DNA of 64,000 nucleotides from the human T2T-CHM13v2.0 reference genome, Homo sapiens: NCBI GenBank assembly GCA_009914755.4, contig CP086569.2, positions 22,816,001 to 22,880,000 of the forward strand, read 5' to 3'. Shown piece by piece: positions 59,874 to 64,000 of this stretch (position 1 is its first letter; each line of letters starts with the position of its first letter). The notes under the pieces were generated by a model. It saw only the letters and a program-made list of their open reading frames with translations, ran no database searches and was not told where the DNA came from. The position numbers and the translations under genes were made by a program.

Positions 59874-60451
59874 TAATTTTTTTAAACATTCTTCATATTA
59901 ACTATTTAACCATGTCCATCGCACTACCCTCTGAAAATCCAGCGTGAGAACTAAAAAGTTAATAGTATGTGGACATAGGTGAAATGATCTTTGTCTTGTG
60001 TCATGGTCTGCCAGGAAAGGAAATCAGGATTCCCTTTTTATAGCATTGATTCTAAATTTCTTCTACTTATGCACAATCTGAAAATATAGGCATAGGGTAA
60101 GATGGCACCACTAGGTTTCCATACTGAGGAATCTGTCTGACCAAATCCATACTCCATTCCAATTTCAGTTGTCCCAGAAAACTGAGTGATGAATCTTGTC
60201 AGGCCTTAGCTGGTGACACCAAATGTTGCATAATATACCAAATCCACAGTGAATGCTCCTTCTGAACAATTGTGCAGCTGGATCCCCAGTGTAAGCCATT
60301 TCAGCACAACAACTGGGAATCTCTACAGCAAATAAAGGAAGGAGTGGCAAAGATAAAGCTATTCTTTCAGGCAAGGACCTGCCAGTCAAAGCAGAAGATG
60401 AAAAATAATTTTTAGAAGAAGCTGGGAAAAATCACAACCAGACCTTTTTTT

Positions 60452-63400
60452 CCAAAATGGTGGAATAGGAACAGCTCCAATCTACATCTCCCAGTAAGAC
60501 TGATGCAGACGATGGGTAATTTCTGCATTTCCCACTGAGGTACGGGGTTCACATCACTGGGACTTGTCAGACAGTGGGTGCAGGACAGTGGGTTCAGCGC
60601 ACTGAGCATGAGCCAAAGCAGGGCAAGGCATCACCTCACCCAGGAAGCACAAGGGGTCAGGGAATTCCCTTTCCTAGCCAAGGAAAGCTGTGACAGATGG
60701 CACCTGGAAAATCAGGTCACTCTCACCCTAATACTGCACTTTTCCAATGGTCTTAGCAAACAGGACACCAGGAGATTAGATCCCACACATGGCTCGGAGG
60801 ATCCCATGCCCACAGAGCCTCACTCATTGCTAGCACAGCAGTTGGAGATCCACCTGCAAGGTGGCAGTGAGGCTGGGGGAATGGCACCCACCATTGCTGA
60901 GGCCTGAGTAGGTAAACAGAGTGGACAGGAAGCTCGAACTGGGTGGAGCCCACCCCAGCTCAAGGAGGCCTGCCTGCTTCTACAGACTCCACATCTGGAG
61001 GCAGGACATAGCCAAACAAAAGGCAGCAGAAACCTCTGCAGACTTAAATGTCCCTGTCAGACAGCTTTCAAGAGAGTAGTGGTTCTCCCAGCACGAAGTT
61101 TCAGATCTGACAACAGACAGAGTGCCTCCTCACATGGGTCCCTGACCCCCAAGTAACCTAACTGGGAGGCATGCCCCAGTAGGGGCAGACTGACACCTCA
61201 CATGGCTGGGTACCTATCTGAGATGAAACTTTCAGAGGAATGATCAGGCAGCAACATTTGCTGTTCAGCAATATTCACTGTTTTGCAGCCTCCACTGCTG
61301 ATAACCAGGCAAACAGGGTCTGGAGTGGACCTCCAGCAAACTCCAGCAGATGTGCAGCTGAGGGTCCTGATTGTTAGAAGGAAAACTAACAAACAGAAAG
61401 GACATCCATACCAAAACCCCATTTGTACATCACCATCATGAAAGACCAAAGGAAGATGAAACCACAAAGATGGGGAAAAAACAGAGCAGAAAACCTGAAA
61501 ATTCTAAAAATCAGGGCACCTCTCACTCGCCAAAGGAACACAACTCCTCAGCAGCAATGGAACAAAGCTGGACGGACAATGACTTTGATGAGTTGAGAGA
61601 AGAAGGCTTCAGACAATCAAACTTCTCCAAGATAAAGGAGGAAGTTCAAACCCATCACAAAGAAGCTAAAAACCTTGAAAAAAGTTTAGCTGAATGGCTA
61701 ATTAGAATAACCAATGTGCAGAAGTCCTTAAATAACCTGAGGGAGGTGAAAACCATGGCACGAGAACTACATGATGAATGCACAAGCTTCATTAACTAAT
61801 CCAATCAACTGGAAGAAAGGGTATCAGAGATTGAAGATAAAATGAATGAAATGAAGTGAGAAGAGAAGTTTAGAGAAAAAATGAATAAAAAGAAATGAAC
61901 AAAGCCTCCAAGAAATATGGGACTATGTGAAAAGACCAAATCTACGTCTGATTGGTGTACCTGAAAGTGAAGTTGAGAATGGAACCAAATTGGAAAACAC
62001 TCTGCAGGATATTATCCAGGAGAACTTCCCCAACCTAGAAAGGCAGGCCAACTTTCAAATTCATTAAATACAGATAATGCAACAAAGATATTCCTCGAGA
62101 AGAGCAACTGCAAGACACAAAATTTTCAGATTCACCAAAGTTGAAAAGAAGGAAAAAATGTTAAGGGCAGCCAGGGAGAAAGGTCAGGTTACCCACAAAG
62201 GGAAGCCCGTTAGACTAACAGTGGATCTCTCAAAAGAAACTCTGAAAGCCAGAAGAGAGTGGGGGCCAATATTTAACATTCATAAAGAAAATATTTTTCA
62301 ACCCAGAATTTCATATCGAGCCACACTAAGCTTCATAAGTGAAGAAGAAAAAAAAATCCTTTACAGACAAGCAAATGCTGAGAGATTTTGTCACAACAAG
62401 GCCTGCCCTACAAGAGCTCCTGAAGGAAGCACTAAACATGGAAAGGAAAAACTGGTACCAGCCACTGTAAAAATGTGCCAAATTTTAAAGACCATCAATG
62501 CTAGGAAGAAACTGCATCAACTAACGAGCAAAATAACCAGCTAATATCATAATGACAGGATCAAATTCACACATAACACCATTAACCTTAAATATAAATG
62601 GGCCAAATGCTCCAATTAAAAGATGCAGACTGGCAAATCGGATAAAGAATCAAGATCCATCAGTGTGCTGTATTCAGGAAACCCATCTCACATGCAGAGA
62701 CACACATAGGCTTAAAATAAAGGGATGGAGGAAGATCTACCAAGCAAATGGAAAACAAAAAGAGGCAGCGGTTGCAATCCTAGTCTCTGATAAAACAGGC
62801 TTTAAACCAACAAGAACAAAAGAGAAAAAGAAGGCCATTACATAATGGTAAAGGGATAAATACAACAAAAAGAGCTAACTATCCTAAATATATATGCGCC
62901 CAATACAGGAGCACCCAAATTCATAAAGCAAGTTCTTAGAGACCTACAAAGAGACTTGGACTCCCACAGAATAATAATGGGAGGCTTTAACACCCCACTG
63001 TCTACATTAGACAGATCAATGAGACAGAAAGTTAACAATGACATCCAGGAATTGAACTCAGCTCTGCACCAAGCAGACCTAATAGACATCTACAGAACTC
63101 TCCACCACAAATCAACATAATATACATTCCTCTCAGCACCACATCTCACTTATTCCAAAATTGACCACATAGTTGGAAGTAAAGCACTCCTCAGCAAATG
63201 TAGAAGAACAGACATTATAGCAAACTGTCTGTCAGACCATGGTGCAATCAAACTAGAACTTAGGATTAAGAAACTCACTCAAAACCACTCAACTACATGG
63301 AAACTGAACATCATGCTCCTGAATGACTACTTGGGTACATAACAAAATGAAGGCACAAATAAAGATGTTCTTTGAAACCAATGAGAAGAAAGACACAACA

Positions 63401-64000
63401 TACCAGAATCTCTGCGACACATTTAAAACAGTGTGTAGAGGGAAATTTATAGCATTAAATGCCCACAAGAGAAAGCAGGAAAGATCCAAAATTCACACCC
63501 TAACATCACAATTAAAAGAACTAGAGAAGCATGAGGAAACATATTCAAAAGCTAGCAGAAGGCAAGAAATAACTAATATCAGAGCAGAACTGAAGGAAAT
63601 TGAGACCCAAAAACCCTTCAAAAAATCAATGAATCCAGGAGCTGGTTTTTGGAAAAGATCAACAAAATTGATAGACCGCTAGCAAGACTAACAAAGAAGA
63701 AAAGAGAGAAGAATCAAATAAACGCAATAAAGAATGATAAAGGGGATATCACCACTGATCTCACAGAAGTACAAACTACCATCATAGAATACTATAAACA
63801 CCTCTATGCAAATAAACTAGAAAATCTAGAAGAAATGGATAAATTCCTTGACACACACATCCTCCCAAGACTAAACCAGGAAGAAGTTGAACCTCTGAAT
63901 AGACCAATAGCAGGCTCTGAAATTGAGGCAATAATTAGTAGCTTACCAACCAAAAAAAGTGCAGGACCAGATGGATTCACGACTGAATTCTACAAGAGGT
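60452..64000 (+). mobile_element. LINE-1 (L1PA-like), near full-length from the 5'UTR start, truncated by the window end. The 5'UTR is about 60452-61469. ORF1 runs from ATG 61470 to about 62545 with frameshifts and stops. ORF2 runs from ATG 62552 onward with stops.
   Basis: ccaaaatggtggaataggaacagctcc...catcactgggac matches the canonical 5'UTR start. ORF1 translation is MGKKQSRKPENSKNQGTSHSPKEHNSSAAMEQSWTDNDFDELREEGF.... ORF2 translation is MTGSNSHITPLTLNINGPNAPIKRCRLANRIKNQDPSVCCIQETHLTCRDTHRLKIKGWRKIYQANGKQK.... Confidence 0.95.

Overview
This window reads as primate genomic DNA, most likely human or another hominoid. It is an interspersed-repeat-dense, apparently intergenic region. I found no prokaryotic-type system and no convincing host protein-coding exon. 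Almost every ORF in the supplied six-frame track is a LINE-1 ORF1/ORF2 fragment or an endogenous-retrovirus (ERV) gag/pro/pol/env fragment. The window contains several L1PA-type LINE-1 copies: two internally deleted, one twin-primed and inverted, one carrying an internal 1.2-kb tandem duplication, and one near-full-length copy running off the 3' end. It has at least eight Alu copies and several microsatellites. Three elements of a related class I (gammaretrovirus-like) ERV lineage are present: an internally deleted fragment at 1-3540, an env fragment on the minus strand at about 8160-9080, and a roughly 8.8-kb degenerate provirus at 32203-41045. A betaretrovirus-like (HERV-K/HML-type) internally deleted provirus with about 480-bp LTRs lies at 50665-55287. 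The most interesting large-scale feature is an old direct duplication. Two segments of roughly 10-12 kb (about 20300-32202 and 41045-55815) are roughly 80-90 percent identical by eye and sit immediately on either side of the class I provirus. The junctions fall at LTR R/U5 boundaries. The second copy alone carries the HERV-K-like provirus, two Alus and a minisatellite expansion, and the first alone carries an AluS and about 1.1 kb of extra sequence. All coordinates are approximate (about +/- 20 bp) and family assignments come from remembered consensus sequences, not from a database search.
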